Source: Octopus vulgaris (lineage: Eukaryota). From it: a stretch of 64,000 bases of DNA. How positions within the stretch are numbered: position 1 is the stretch's first letter; each line of letters starts with the position of its first letter. Of this stretch, positions 43,573 through 56,717 are shown in pieces. The notes beneath the pieces were generated by a model that was given only the letters and a program-made list of their open reading frames with translations, did not search any database and was not told where the DNA came from. The position numbers and the translations under genes are program-made. Location: NCBI GenBank assembly GCA_951406725.2, contig OX597820.1, forward strand, positions 54,250,001 through 54,314,000. Direction: 5' to 3'.

Positions 43573-44524
43573 GTACGTTATGCATCTCATTACTGTGTGT
43601 CCTTTTATTTGTATGTAGTTCTGTGTCTTCATCTATCATGCATTGTGTTTTCAGTCGTTTATGTATTTGTATGCTTACGTGTGATTCGGTGTTTATGTGA
43701 TTTGTATGTCTGAATGTGTGAATCTATGAGTGAAGGTGCTTGTGTGAGTATAGTAATTGTATTGTCATTGTATAGTGAGTATAAACACTATGTAATAATT
43801 GCCATTCCTCTCTTGACTATCAGCAAAATAATATGTCCTTATGTCTTCCATCCTTTGCATATATTCTTTTATTCTTTTATGTGTTTCAGCCAGGTGGCTG
43901 TGGTCATGCTGGAGCACCACTATGATTTTTCACTCCTTATTTTTGTACCCTTTCCACAATCCTTCCGTTTTTCCTCTCTTCCGACTAATGCGATCCCATC
44001 AAAATTGTCGATGGCCCATCTGGTGTATGATGGAATTTAACCCTTGAACCTGTAGTAGAAAAAGATGCCGTTTCTTATTGACAGATCAACGTATCCAGTT
44101 TCTTATTGATAGATCAACATATCCAGAGCCTCAAATACCAGCTATGATCCATATTAGTTCACATCTTACGTCCCCACATTCGATTACAGACACTAAAGAT
44201 ATAACTATTTGATCGCGGTTACAGACGAAAGTTGTTTTCCAGGGGAGATCCGCCATCAGGTATGACAGGAGCGTGAGAGTAACGCCTCAGGGAACTACCA
44301 TATTTGCAAGCCGGCTCTTTGATAAAAGTGCGTATTTATGTATGTGCGTGTGTGAGCGTGTGCCTGTATTTGTTCATATTTCCATGTAACATTCATGTTA
44401 TATGGCCTGGTGAAAAGTCAGATACCTTAAGGTTTTGAGATCAACATTGTTTCTTTAATGTTGCTATGATTAGTAATGTAGGTGTCGTTACTATTGTTAT
44501 TATTGTAGCGACTACTGTTATTGT

Positions 44525-44856
44525 GAAGGCGTGTGGCTTAGTGGCTTAGTGGCTAGAGCGATCAGCTCACGATCGTAAGGTTGTGAGTTCGATTCACTAC
44601 GACGCTTTGTGTCCTTGAGCTAGATACTTTATTTCAAGTTACTCCAGTCCATTCAGCTGGCAAAGATTAGTGGTACCTGTAATTCAAAGAGCCGGCCTTG
44701 TCACATTGTGTCTCACACTGAATCTCCCTGAGAACTACGTTAAGCATACATGCGACTGTGAAGTGCTCAACCACTTGCACATTAATTTCAAGAGCAAGCT
44801 GTTCCGTTGAACGAATCAATTGGGATCCTCGTCGTCGTAACTGACGAAGTACCAGT
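44525..44856 (+). mobile_element. tRNA-derived SINE family D
   Basis: TGGCTTAGTGG A-box, GAGTTCGATTC B-box, TGTGTCCTTGAGC.AGATACTTT core. Inverse copy at ~22605-22885. Confidence 0.8.
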
Positions 44857-44932
44857 GTATACTATTATTGTTGTTGATTTGTAGCATAGCTGTTACTACT
44901 GTTATTGTTAATCATTTCTGTTTTGTTTACAG

Positions 44933-45422
44933 ATACCAAACATAGTATTCCAGGTGGCATATCTCATCACAACCCTCACAACAACCCGCAACAGCGTCAC
45001 CATCAACAGAACCTCAATAACCCCAATGTGGTGCCTCACTTGCAGCCGCACCATTCACCTCATCCATCACGACCACCGCATGATCTCCGTAATGGTATAG
45101 CCCAAACACCTCAGCAACACATGTACCCTCCTTTGGGTGGCAATACGTCAGTGAGAGGACCATCCGGCAACATGCATCTGGTCTCTCATGGCAACGTTAG
45201 TGGGACTCGGAACTTGGGTTACAGCTCTTATCTATGTAACGACCCACTGAAGCTAAATCCTTCTGTCCCTACACAAGCTTTGATCTCGTCCTCAAATATA
45301 CAATCGGTACCCCCGGGTCTCCCCCAGAACTGTTCTCTGATGAATCAACAACCACAGTCACAACAGCAACAACAGCAACAGCAACAACAACAACAGCAAC
45401 AATCACTCATGCATTATGGACA
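44933..45422 (+). CDS. MYRF: MYRF exon 4, Pro/His/Gln-rich region with polyQ
   Basis: Acceptor ttttgtttacag (phase 1), 490-nt open frame, donor CA|GTAAGT (phase 2). 14-Gln run at 45361-45402. Confidence 0.85.
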
Positions 45423-46251
45423 GTAAGTATTTCCGTATTACATCTGTAATTTCACAGGCTTCCATTCTTCGAAGTTGGCTAATGTTGTACCACCTCCACT
45501 CAGGACCAGCCGAGAATCACTCGCCTCTCCTTTTTCTTGTCACCCATGCTATGTCTACTCACCCCAGGCCCCCGTACTAATTACATTTCAACTAGTTTTC
45601 CCCTCCCCATTATATCATCCTTCTGGGACTCCATCTCTGTGTGTTTCCCTGAAGCCGTCAACCATATTGATCTCATTGGTTTTTAGGGGCCCTATGGGTA
45701 CAATCATTTGTACAATTTATTTCTCCAGACCAAATTCAAAGCCTTATTTATAAAGTACACTTGATCAAGGGACTCACAGCCTGTTGACAAAACTAACCAT
45801 ACATTTTAAGTATAGACTACTTTGATTAATTTGATCCTAGTACCTGACTAGTACTTTATTTTATCGATCCCTGATCGATAAATAACAAAGTTGACTTCGG
45901 TGAGATTTGAACTCAGTACAAAACATATCGTAATTTGTGTCACCTTTTATTCTTTTTTCTTTCTAAGGATTTGATCTTGGTACTATAACTATCAATATCT
46001 TTTTCACCTATTTTGAAATGAACCAGGGTCAGTTACGGTCGTTGCCTAATACCCATTTCAGAGTTAATACTAAAGTAACTCACAGAACGGTCGTGGATTA
46101 GTAGAATCGTTAGAGTGTTGGACAAAATTCCACTCAGTATTTAAATTGAAGACATTTACGTTCTTGGTTCAAATCTCTCCGAGTATAGCTTCGACTTTCA
46201 TTCTTCCAGTGTAGATAAAATAAACACTGGCAACATTTAAATTGACTAGTG

Positions 46252-46725
46252 ACACTGAGTAATACATTTTTGTCCTTGGATAGCAAGTGTTATTTCCTAT
46301 TTGCTTACCTCTAGAAAATATTAAAAATCGTTAATATTTCCTCCAAACTCTGCTTTTGTTACATTTGTTCAAACCCCAAAGAATCCCTTTCAACACATGG
46401 CTATGATGCTCCACCACTACTCGTGTTCATGATCAGAGATGTACATACTGTCAGCCACTAAGCGGTTATGGTCAAGTAACTGACAAGCAGATCTGTGGTA
46501 TTGAACAGAATATTTCCATAACGATATTTCTGCTTCAACGATTCAGCGTTGAATGTGTCTGAGATGTAACGGAAATTAGATCAGTTTCATAACATTGATG
46601 TCCAGGTCACGAAAGTAAAGTCTGAAGAAAATAGTAGTCATTTCCTTTAATTTCTAGATAGAAACAAATAGGAAATAACATTTAGTGACCAAAGACAAAG
46701 AAAAAAATATTTTGTTACACAGTGT
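46252..46725. mobile_element. MITE with ~70-bp imperfect TIRs
   Basis: ACACTGAGTAA...TGTTATTTCCTATTTG...TCTAGAAA pairs with TTTCTAGA...CAAATAGGAAATAACA...TTACACAGTGT. Confidence 0.75.
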
Positions 46726-47046
46726 AGTTCACCTAAAAAATTTCTGGCCTTATACTAATCATAAGAGGTCTCACAAGCTTTTCATTTCAAGGCCAAAACG
46801 TTATTCACACAGATATTCATAAACATTAATATATTTTACGGAGATGTACTTGCATGGCAAGTGACCTGATACTGGAACGAAAACAATTGCAGCGTAGAAG
46901 ATGTTTATAAGCCATTTAAGAAACACACAAAAAACGTTAATTTCACTTCAACATTTAAACTTAATTTGCCAAAATATTTTCGTCACTTTGAGATCGCGAC
47001 CTGTTCACTGACAAAATTCCGTGCTGTTTAATATATTTATTAGCAG

Positions 47047-47125
47047 TTTATCCAACAATTTAAGTCAAGCCAATGCTGCCTCCAACAACAACAAAAATTA
47101 CCCTGATTCACCTAATAATACATAA
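47047..47125 (+). pseudogene. Degenerate upstream duplicate of MYRF exon 5 (pseudo-exon 5b)
   Basis: tatttattagcag|TTTATCCAACAATTTAAGTCAAGCC... parallels the exon 5 acceptor and start. Translates LSNNLSQANAASNNNKNYPDSPNNT* versus LSNYLSQANSASKKRKYPESPNNTL. Confidence 0.85.
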
Positions 47126-47156
47126 TAATGTTTGTTTCATTTCAAAGCTAAGCCAT

Positions 47157-47212
<56 letters not shown>

Positions 47213-47283
47213 TCTAAAAGTTGATGAACCACCTATTGATCCCCTCCATTTTCTTATTGCTATATATATATATATATATTTGC

Positions 47284-47380
47284 GTAATGAGATTAAAAAA
47301 AGAAACCAAGGCTGTGTAGATATTAGAACATCTATAAATGTTCTAATATCTATACAGCCTTGGTTTTTTTATCTCATTAC
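47284..47380. repeat. Near-perfect ~45-bp-arm hairpin in MYRF intron 4
   Basis: GTAATGAGAT..AAACCAAGGCTGTGTAGATATTAGAACAT, a short loop, then ATGTTCTAATATCTATACAGCCTTGGTTT..ATCTCATTAC. Confidence 0.9.
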
Positions 47381-47573
47381 CTAAAAAATTCGTATATACA
47401 CACGCTGACATATGACCAACGTTGAACCCCTTATTCGCAAAATCACAGAACCTGGAACTTAACTACGGTCTGTCTATAGCACTTATTCAGCATTACCTGA
47501 CACCTTTGGGTCTCAATGACACCATTACCTTTTACATATATATATATATATATACTGATATATTTATTTGCAG

Positions 47574-47707
47574 TTTGTCCAACTATTTAAGTCAAGCTAA
47601 CAGCGCCTCCAAGAAACGAAAGTACCCTGAATCACCTAATAATACGTTAACCAATACAATGATTAACAGTATGAACGGTTTATTGAACATTAAACAAGAA
47701 CCAACGA
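47574..47707 (+). CDS. MYRF: MYRF exon 5, NLS (KKRK) and IKQE SUMO-type motif
   Basis: Acceptor tatttatttgcag, donor A|GTAAGT. SKKRKYPESP...MNGLLNIKQEP parallels vertebrate SKKRKHSESP...LNGMIKQEP. Confidence 0.92.
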
Positions 47708-47908
47708 GTAAGTATCACGTTTCACACTGTTTGTATTTATTTTACAGAAACCTAAGATAGTCGTTACTTTAACAAATAAGCATGTGCATACAGACATATG
47801 AAGGCGGGGATATACACACACACACGCATGCACACGCACGCACACACACGCACACACACATTATGTGCGTGTGTGTTTTGATATTTCGCTAAGGCATTGT
47901 AAGACTGT

Positions 47909-48215
47909 GGAGGCGCAATGGCCCAGTGGTTTGGGCAGCGGACTCGCGGTCGGAGGATCGCGGTTTCGATTCCCACACCGGGCGTTGTGTGTGTTTATTG
48001 AGCGAAAACACCTAAAAGCTCCACGAGGCTCCAGCAGGGGATGGTGGTGACCCCTGCTGTACTCTTTCGCCACAATTTTCTCTCACTCTCTCTCTTCCTG
48101 TTTCTTGAATAACGCTGCGATGGACTGGCGTCCCGTCCAGCTGGGGGGAACACATACGCCACAGAAACCGGGAAACCGGGCCCATGACCCTGGCTAGGCT
48201 TGAAAAGGACGACGT
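47909..48215 (+). mobile_element. tRNA-derived SINE family C
   Basis: TGGCCCAGTGG A-box, GGTTTCGATTCCC B-box and a GCGATGGACTGGCGTCCCGTCCAG block. Confidence 0.8.
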
Positions 48216-48334
48216 TTATCGTTATTGTGAGACTAATAACCTGATGTAGAACTCAATATAATTATGCTTCAGAACGAAGTGTTAGACAAGTATAGAACAG
48301 TTATAAGAAAATAAGATGATAAATGAAAAAGAAC

Positions 48335-48522
48335 GGTTATGTTAAGAACTTCATTAGCTGACAGCTGTTTGTGCTATAAGATTCAGTTGACTCGTAGATG
48401 AGTGACCTCATACTAGAGGCTCTGATTAAGCTATAGGGTGTTATTCAAGCACTCAACTATGAGTACACAGCATCTTATTGCAGAAACAGCTGTAAGCTAA
48501 TGTAATGAAGTTTTTAACCGTT
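48335..48522. repeat. Inverted-repeat element with a degenerate hammerhead-like motif (PLE pLTR-like)
   Basis: Arms GTTAAGAACTTCATTAGCTGACAGCTGTTT and AAACAGCTGTAAGCTAATG..GAAGTTTTTAAC. Internal GCT-CTGATTA...GAAAC-AGCT-GTA-AGC. Confidence 0.6.
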
Positions 48523-48574
48523 TTTTTTCTTTGTACCACATTTTAAAAATTTTATGTGTGAGTATCTATGTATG

Positions 48575-48629
<55 letters not shown>

Positions 48630-49614
48630 GTAATAAATAAAATATATGCATACATACAAACATATATGTACGTACCGACATCTACATGTATATATACATG
48701 CATATATAAATATATATACGTACAGGACACCACAAGAAGACGTAAAAATCAACAGAAACGAAAACGGAAAAGCCATTTTGTTACAACAGAAGGACAGAGA
48801 TGTGGAACAAGACGAAACGAAAACGGGAAAAACAATTATGTACAGCAGAAAAACGAAGTACAGGACATGCTGCACAAGGAAAAATCCCCTTCATCAGCTG
48901 TCGCTAGCAGACATAGCGTGTTTCGAAGGCAAGACAGGACACGTCTGGTAATGCTAGGCCTTCCTACGAGAAAATTAAAATAAAATAACCTCGTAGAGGA
49001 GTAAAACGAACAAGAAAAAAATGTAACACAAAAAGGGACGTAACAAAGAACTGCACAAAAAATACACAAGAAAAAAATACAAAATTAAAGAAACATGTAC
49101 AAGAAAATACAAAACGAGAATTAAATTACAATACGAGAAATCAAAATAAACAAGAGAACAAACGAAAAAGACGAACGAAGGCCTTTGTTCTGGCGTATTT
49201 ACGATCTAAGTTCAAATTCCAGAGAGGTCGAGTTTGCCTTTACCAGTGAAATACTGGGATCGATGTAATCGACTAGTCCCCTCCCCACAAATTTCAGGCT
49301 CAGTGCCTATTACAAAAACGATCGTTATTATTATTAATATGATTAGGACGGTGAGCTGGGAGAATCGTTAGCACGCCGGGTAAAATGCTTAGCGGCATTT
49401 CATTTGTCTTTATGTTGTGAGTTCAAATTTCATCGAGGTTGACCTTGCTTTTCATCCTTTCGGGGTCGAAATTGCTCGTCTTGCGTCAAGATTTGAAACC
49501 ATTATGACCACTTTTATTGTGGTTTATTTCGGTCTTTCAAAATGTGACCTCGTGTGTACCGTTGGCGATTTTTTTTCCTCTGTCTTCCCTTCTCTGGATC
49601 TTTCCTTCTCTTAT

Positions 49615-49649
49615 GTTTCCGACGAAGAGCTCCGCTCGAAACGTTAAAC
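49615..49649 (+). ncRNA. Minimal type I hammerhead-ribozyme-like motif, sense strand of MYRF intron 5
   Basis: GTTT-CCGACGA-A-GAGC-tcc-GCTC-GAAACGTTA-AAC with palindromic AACGTT stem III. U4>C in the core. Same family as the 19303 motif. Confidence 0.6.
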
Positions 49650-49753
49650 CCTCCTTCTTTCCTTCTTTCCTTCTTTCCTGAGCGTCCAATAATACTATAT
49701 TTGTTCCACGTCCTCGCGTTGTTGTGTGTTTTTTTGTGCTTTCTTGTTTGGAT

Positions 49754-49828
<75 letters not shown>

Positions 49829-49991
49829 ATATATAGAATTTAGTGACAAACCGCTATTTAGTTATTCCATCAATAGTGAAAAGATATCTATAATAACCAC
49901 ATAGAAATTAATTAAATATCTTATAATTATTATTCTAAGCCTCATATAAAAATCAAACAATTATTACATTCCCTAACAATTAATAATAATA

Positions 49992-50057
<66 letters not shown>

Positions 50058-50058
50058 G

Positions 50059-50190
<132 letters not shown>

Positions 50191-50275
50191 TGTATGTATG
50201 TATGTATGTATGTATGTATGACGTATGTATGTATGTATGTAATGTCTACTTTTCTTTCTGTTTCTGTATATATAG

Positions 50276-50435
50276 CTGCCTCCTATGGCAACACGAGTTA
50301 CATTGGAGACTGCAGTGAGGAGGACTATTATGATATTGAAAATGCCAATAACTTTGATGGCTCTTACCAAGTCATTAAGTGGCAACCATTCCAACCGGCG
50401 AAATGGGCAATTCTCTGTGACGATAACAGTGAAAT
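50276..50435 (+). CDS. MYRF: MYRF exon 6, start of the Ndt80 DNA-binding domain ([19 protein letters not shown])
   Basis: Acceptor tttctgtatatatag, donor AT|GTAAGT. Matches the MYRF block YQSIKWQPHQQNKWATLYD. Confidence 0.92.
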
Positions 50436-50530
50436 GTAAGTATGTATTAAGTAGTAACCACGGTCAGATGACTAAAGTGTAACCTATTCCTGTCCTTATT
50501 CGGCAAAGTGTCAGATAACGGACGGAAAAA

Positions 50531-50602
<72 letters not shown>

Positions 50603-50811
50603 GTATAAGCATGTGCGTGTGTGCTTGTCGATATGTGTGTCTGTCTCTATCGGTGCGCAGTGATATTTATGCTATTTTATGAACTTGATCATGGGTGTTC
50701 GTGTATGTGTGGTTTATGTGTATGTGTGAGTGTAGGAACACACACACATATACACACATACGTAATAAGTACATAAACGTATGTGTATATATGGATGTTT
50801 ACATATATGTT

Positions 50812-50867
<56 letters not shown>

Positions 50868-51203
50868 GGGTAACAAATGACCATGGGATTGTATCTAGAA
50901 AGTTCCTCTCCGAGGTACAGGTCAGAGCAGGGTCGTTTGTGAAAGACCAGCAGTCGCCCATGCATACCAGACGCCCCTCTCCACGCCACCGATGTTGGCC
51001 AAGGGAATGCCAAAGGCCAATACAGCTTGGCGCCAATTACGCTGCAGTCTATTGCTGCAGCCCAGGGAACTGGAACAACGTGAAATAAAGAGTCTTGTTC
51101 AAGAACACAACACAGAGCTTGATCCGGGAATCGAACTGAGTCATGCACCTTCACACTCATGCGCGCGCACACACACATATACACACTTATGTACATATAC
51201 ACA

Positions 51204-51237
<34 letters not shown>

Positions 51238-51299
51238 CTTGTAACTAAGGTGAGTCATTTTGCCAACAAAAATTTTAATAAATACACGCACAGTTTCAA

Positions 51300-51351
<52 letters not shown>

Positions 51352-51811
51352 GAACACCCATGATCAAGTTCATAAAATAGCAAAAGACTTCACCTCGTGT
51401 GGCTCTACGATCACTTCGACACCTAACAGCGTGCACCTGTTCAGGCCACGTTGATTTGATAGAGAGAGAGAGTTAATATACAACACATACATTTGATCGC
51501 TATAAGCAAATCATTTGTGCAGGTTGTCCAGCAAGAAATTGCAAATGCGTCTTTCTCGAACTACGATTGGTTTGTTTACGACCCCGTAATCTGCAGTTCG
51601 GCAAACGAGATCAAAAGAATGAGTGCTGGATTTGAAGAAAAGAAGTACAGGAATCGATTTTTTTTTTTTTTCGACTAAACCCTCTAAAAATGATGTTAGA
51701 TTCTTCTAGAACACGCATGGAAACATGTTCTATCAAGATATATCTGTTCAATAATGAAATTTAGAAAATATATTTGAGAAGACTAATTAAGCAAATATGT
51801 TGTTTTATTAA

Positions 51812-52027
<216 letters not shown>

Positions 52028-52292
52028 TAATGTTAATCATTTCTTCCCTAATATGTATATCTGTATGCAAAAGCCGGCGAGCTGGCAGAATCATTTGTAC
52101 GCCGGACAAAATGCTCAGTGGTATATTTTTGTATTTTCTTTACGTTCTGAGTTCAAATGCCGCTGAAGTCGACTTCGTGCTTCATCCTCTCGAGGTCAAT
52201 AAAGTAAATACCAGTTGATCACGGGCATCGAATCAATCGACTTCCTTCCTTCGCTCAAAATAGCTGGCCTTGTACGAAAATTAGAAAGAATT

Positions 52293-52328
<36 letters not shown>

Positions 52329-52840
52329 TATATATTTATTAGAGGGTTTGCAAATGAATGTTTGAATTTAGTTATATGAATTTAAAATTGTGTTTATGGC
52401 CGTATGTAAGCCGTCACTGTTGGTGTTTTGTTTCAGACTAAGGCCAGTTCTAGTATATTCAAAAGTCCTACATCTTAGGCCATCCATGTTCCCTCTTTTT
52501 TTTTTTTTTTTTTAGATAAGCCTGTATGTTTAGCATAGCTGATTGTCTGTCAGCATGCTTGTGCACGCGTATCTCTGTGTGTGTATGTGTGTGTGCGCGC
52601 GTGTGTTTAAGTATTTTTGTGGTATACAAACGAGAGGGAATGGACGATGTAAAACACTAATCTAAAACTACGTAGAAGATAAAAAAAAACAGAACAAACA
52701 AACTATTCTGTAGCAAATCATCAAGAGTATAACATAAATGCTTCATTCAACCGATAAATACCATTTTGCCTCTAAAACAAATACACTTGAAATTCTCTTT
52801 ATGTATCTAAGATTTTAACCTTAATTCCATTACTTTAAAG

Positions 52841-52917
52841 ATGGAGTCTACAGGTCAAACGATCAAAATTGAGCAATCTCAGTCAGATAGAAGTAAGAAG
52901 GCATTTTATCCAACAAG
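52841..52917 (+). CDS. MYRF: MYRF exon 8 (MESTGQTIKIEQSQSDRSKKAFYPT)
   Basis: Acceptor tactttaaag, donor AG|GTAAGT. Conserved IEQSQSDRSK motif. Confidence 0.95.
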
Positions 52918-52922
52918 GTAAG

Positions 52923-53158
52923 TGTTCAATAATGAGTTATAGAAAATATATTTGAGAAGATTAATTAAGCAAATATGTTGTTTTATTAAACCAGGCAGTC
53001 TCCTACATATCGAGTAGATGTTGATAAAGGATTTAATTTCTCTTTGGCGGATGATACCTTCGTTTGTCAGAAGAAAATTCATTTGCAGGTAAAAGTACAC
53101 ATTTGCCTGCCAAGTGTAGCAAAATTTGTCGAGACTCCTGAAGGAATTCACAAAATTG
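52923..53158 (+). pseudogene. Duplicate of the intron 6 3' end plus most of exon 7 (exon 7b; acceptor AG at 52993-52994)
   Basis: Colinear with 51745-51980. About 14 substitutions in ~164 exonic nt, no indels. Lacks the exon 7 3' end and donor and reads on to TAG at 53245-53247. Confidence 0.9.
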
Positions 53159-54179
53159 TGTTTTCCCCCTATCTACTGACCACTGTTCTTTCTGATGTTG
53201 TTGTTGTCGTTAATTTTATTGCGACTGATGCTAATTTCATTTTTTAGTACCGGAGTAAATACAGCAAAGTACATTCTACACGATGCTCTGATTACTCAGT
53301 TAATTAGCATCGTGGTAATTAACACTTCTGTCAGTGACATTACATCAAGGTGCAAAGGCTGAAAAATTTAAGAATGTCTTCATGTTGTTGAGAAATTGAT
53401 CCTATATTTTTTTTTTGTTCATGTTATTTTTATTTAGCCTCGTGTTACCCCTGATTCAGCAGAACTTGTGATCAAAGGCTTTCCAACTATAACCATCCTG
53501 CCTTCTTTTTCTATCGTGTCCTTCCGATTTTAAAACGGTAGAATGTGATTTGTGAGAAACTTAGTTGTTATTTAATGCAAGTCGAGCAATTGTATAAGAA
53601 CAATGAAAGCGAACCTTTCTTTAGCCCGGCGTGTCAACATTTTAATTTGCTTAATAATTCTGTTATTGGAGTACCACTTATATGTATATATGTATTTTAG
53701 TTTAAGATAAACGCTTATAGATAAGCTTACTGTAAAGTGATAGTGCAAGAATATTTTTTTCTTTCAATATCCATCATGTGACGTGTCACTGCTGACTCGT
53801 ATGTCAAAGGTTCACCATTACTAGTGTGGAGGCTCTCTTGTTGAATAGTCTTATAGTTGTACTTGTCTTTCCTAAAGTGGATCATTTAATGAGTGCATTA
53901 AAAATATTATTTTATAACTGTGAGTCAGAATTATTGATTTTTAATTGTTAGAGTGTTGAAAAAAAATGTTCACGGTATATGTTTTAGTTTTTTTTTTTGC
54001 ATTGTATTTGGATCACAACAATGTCAAATGTTCCTTTCCCCCATCCGAGGTCGACAAAATGAAATACCAGTCGCATACTGGGTACAATTTAATTGACTGA
54101 CATCTTCTCAGAATTGTTTTGTCATGTGCTTAAATTGAAAATTTGGGGAACTGGCAGAATCGTTTAAGCATCTGACAAA

Positions 54180-54237
<58 letters not shown>

Positions 54238-54439
54238 GCATGTTCTGAGTTCAAGTTCTGCTAGGGTCATCTTTGCCCTTCGTCTTTTTGGCATTTAGTT
54301 ATAGCTCTTTGAACGCTCTGAGTTCAAATACAGCCGAGATTAACTTGACAAAATAAAGTACAACACTGGAGTTGATTTAATCGACTAACACCATCCCCTC
54401 TCAAATTTCCGGATTCGTACCTATAATATTATTATATAA

Positions 54440-55301
<862 letters not shown>

Positions 55302-56402
55302 GTAAGGGTTCGTTTTCATTCAACTACAGTATAAGAATAATATGGTTAAAAGAGGCAACAAAAAATTTTTTAACAACTTAGTCAAAAGAGAATGGGTAGC
55401 ACTCACGTGACTCTTCAGGATCTCCATAATTTGTGTGGTGGGGAGGAAAGGAGGAAGTTATCCTCAGAATGGGGTCGGACACGAACGTTCGCAACTGAAT
55501 GAAATCTGCTAACGGTAACTTAAAGCCAAATGGTAGTATTAAACGGTGCTATGGATTAAGTCTATTTCACCAAAATGGGAATAGTTACCCCCGAAGTGCT
55601 TACACATATATACAGTTTCAGCCTACCAAACTGCATTCACACCAAATTTTATAGCCTACCAAGTTTCTTAATTTTCTTAGTGAAACTCCAGGAAAACACA
55701 CGCATTTGTACCTCTAGCATATTTTTAAATGTTTATGTAGTAACCACGAACGTTGTGGCTTGCAGGTAAAGAAAGTTAGCAAGCGCTTAGTAAACACAAA
55801 CGGTAAGAGAACAATAAACATATGTAAGATTTTTCGAAAGTTCACAATGTAGCACTTCACTGTTGTTGTTATCTAAATTCCAGTGTTGGAATTTTGTTTC
55901 TTTTTTAGAAACTAGCTCTTTCATTTTTAAAGAATTAAAATTTTAAAACAAGAGAGACGAACATACGGCAAAAAGTAAAATAGATTTTAATCGGTTTCAA
56001 CGATGAAAATTTAGTTGTTCCATCAACTGAAAACCTACTGCTAACTGAATTATCATGTAAGCAGCTGAACATTCCACAGATACGTGGATTCTTAGTGTAA
56101 TTCTCTCAGGTGGAAGCAGTGTGAGGCAGTGTGACACAGATTTTAAAACTACTAGTGCAATCCATTCGATGAGTTCCTATACAGCTTCCGTCTACCCAGT
56201 TTCACACAAAAGGTTTGGATAACGTAAAGCTATGGCAAAAGACTTCCCAAGATACCATTTAGTGAAATCGAACTCCAGCCCTCATGATTGTAATGCGAAC
56301 TTCTTAAGTATTGGATGCCTCCATATTGTATATATACATGTTTTATCTTTTTTCTTATATATTATATAGGCACACGTGACAAAAGTTTCTATATTCTTGC
56401 AG

Positions 56403-56603
56403 GCTTCGAACCCGGGTCAGTTTGATAGTGATGTTGATGTGGTTTGGCAGAAAGGACATGTACAAGACGCTGTGTTCCACTTGGGTAAAGTTGGGATAAA
56501 CACAGACCATCCAGACGAGAGCCTAACAGTAAACGGTAATCTAAAACTCACCGGTCATATCCTTCATCCTTCCGATAAGAGAGCGAAAGAAGAAATAAAA
56601 GAG
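56403..56603 (+). CDS. MYRF: MYRF exon 10, end of DBD and autocleavage site HP|SDKRAK
   Basis: Acceptor attcttgcag, donor GAG|[16 protein letters not shown]...[11 protein letters not shown]...HPSDKRAKE. Ser codon 56571-56573 and Lys codon 56586-56588 correspond to the ICA Ser-Lys dyad. Confidence 0.96.
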
Positions 56604-56717
56604 GTTTGTAGATAATGTAGGAATTGCTCTTACTGCTATTATTGTTGTTGTTCCTGCTGTTTATTTAATCCAAAGTGACAATATACAATCGGAAGAAATG
56701 CTGGCCTCTCCAACAAA

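Noticed and set aside
47909-47985. tRNA-like sequences here and at ~22820-22885, 23820-23890 and 44525-44600
   Set aside because: These are A/B-box heads of SINEs with attached bodies and no clean cloverleaf. They are not tRNA genes.
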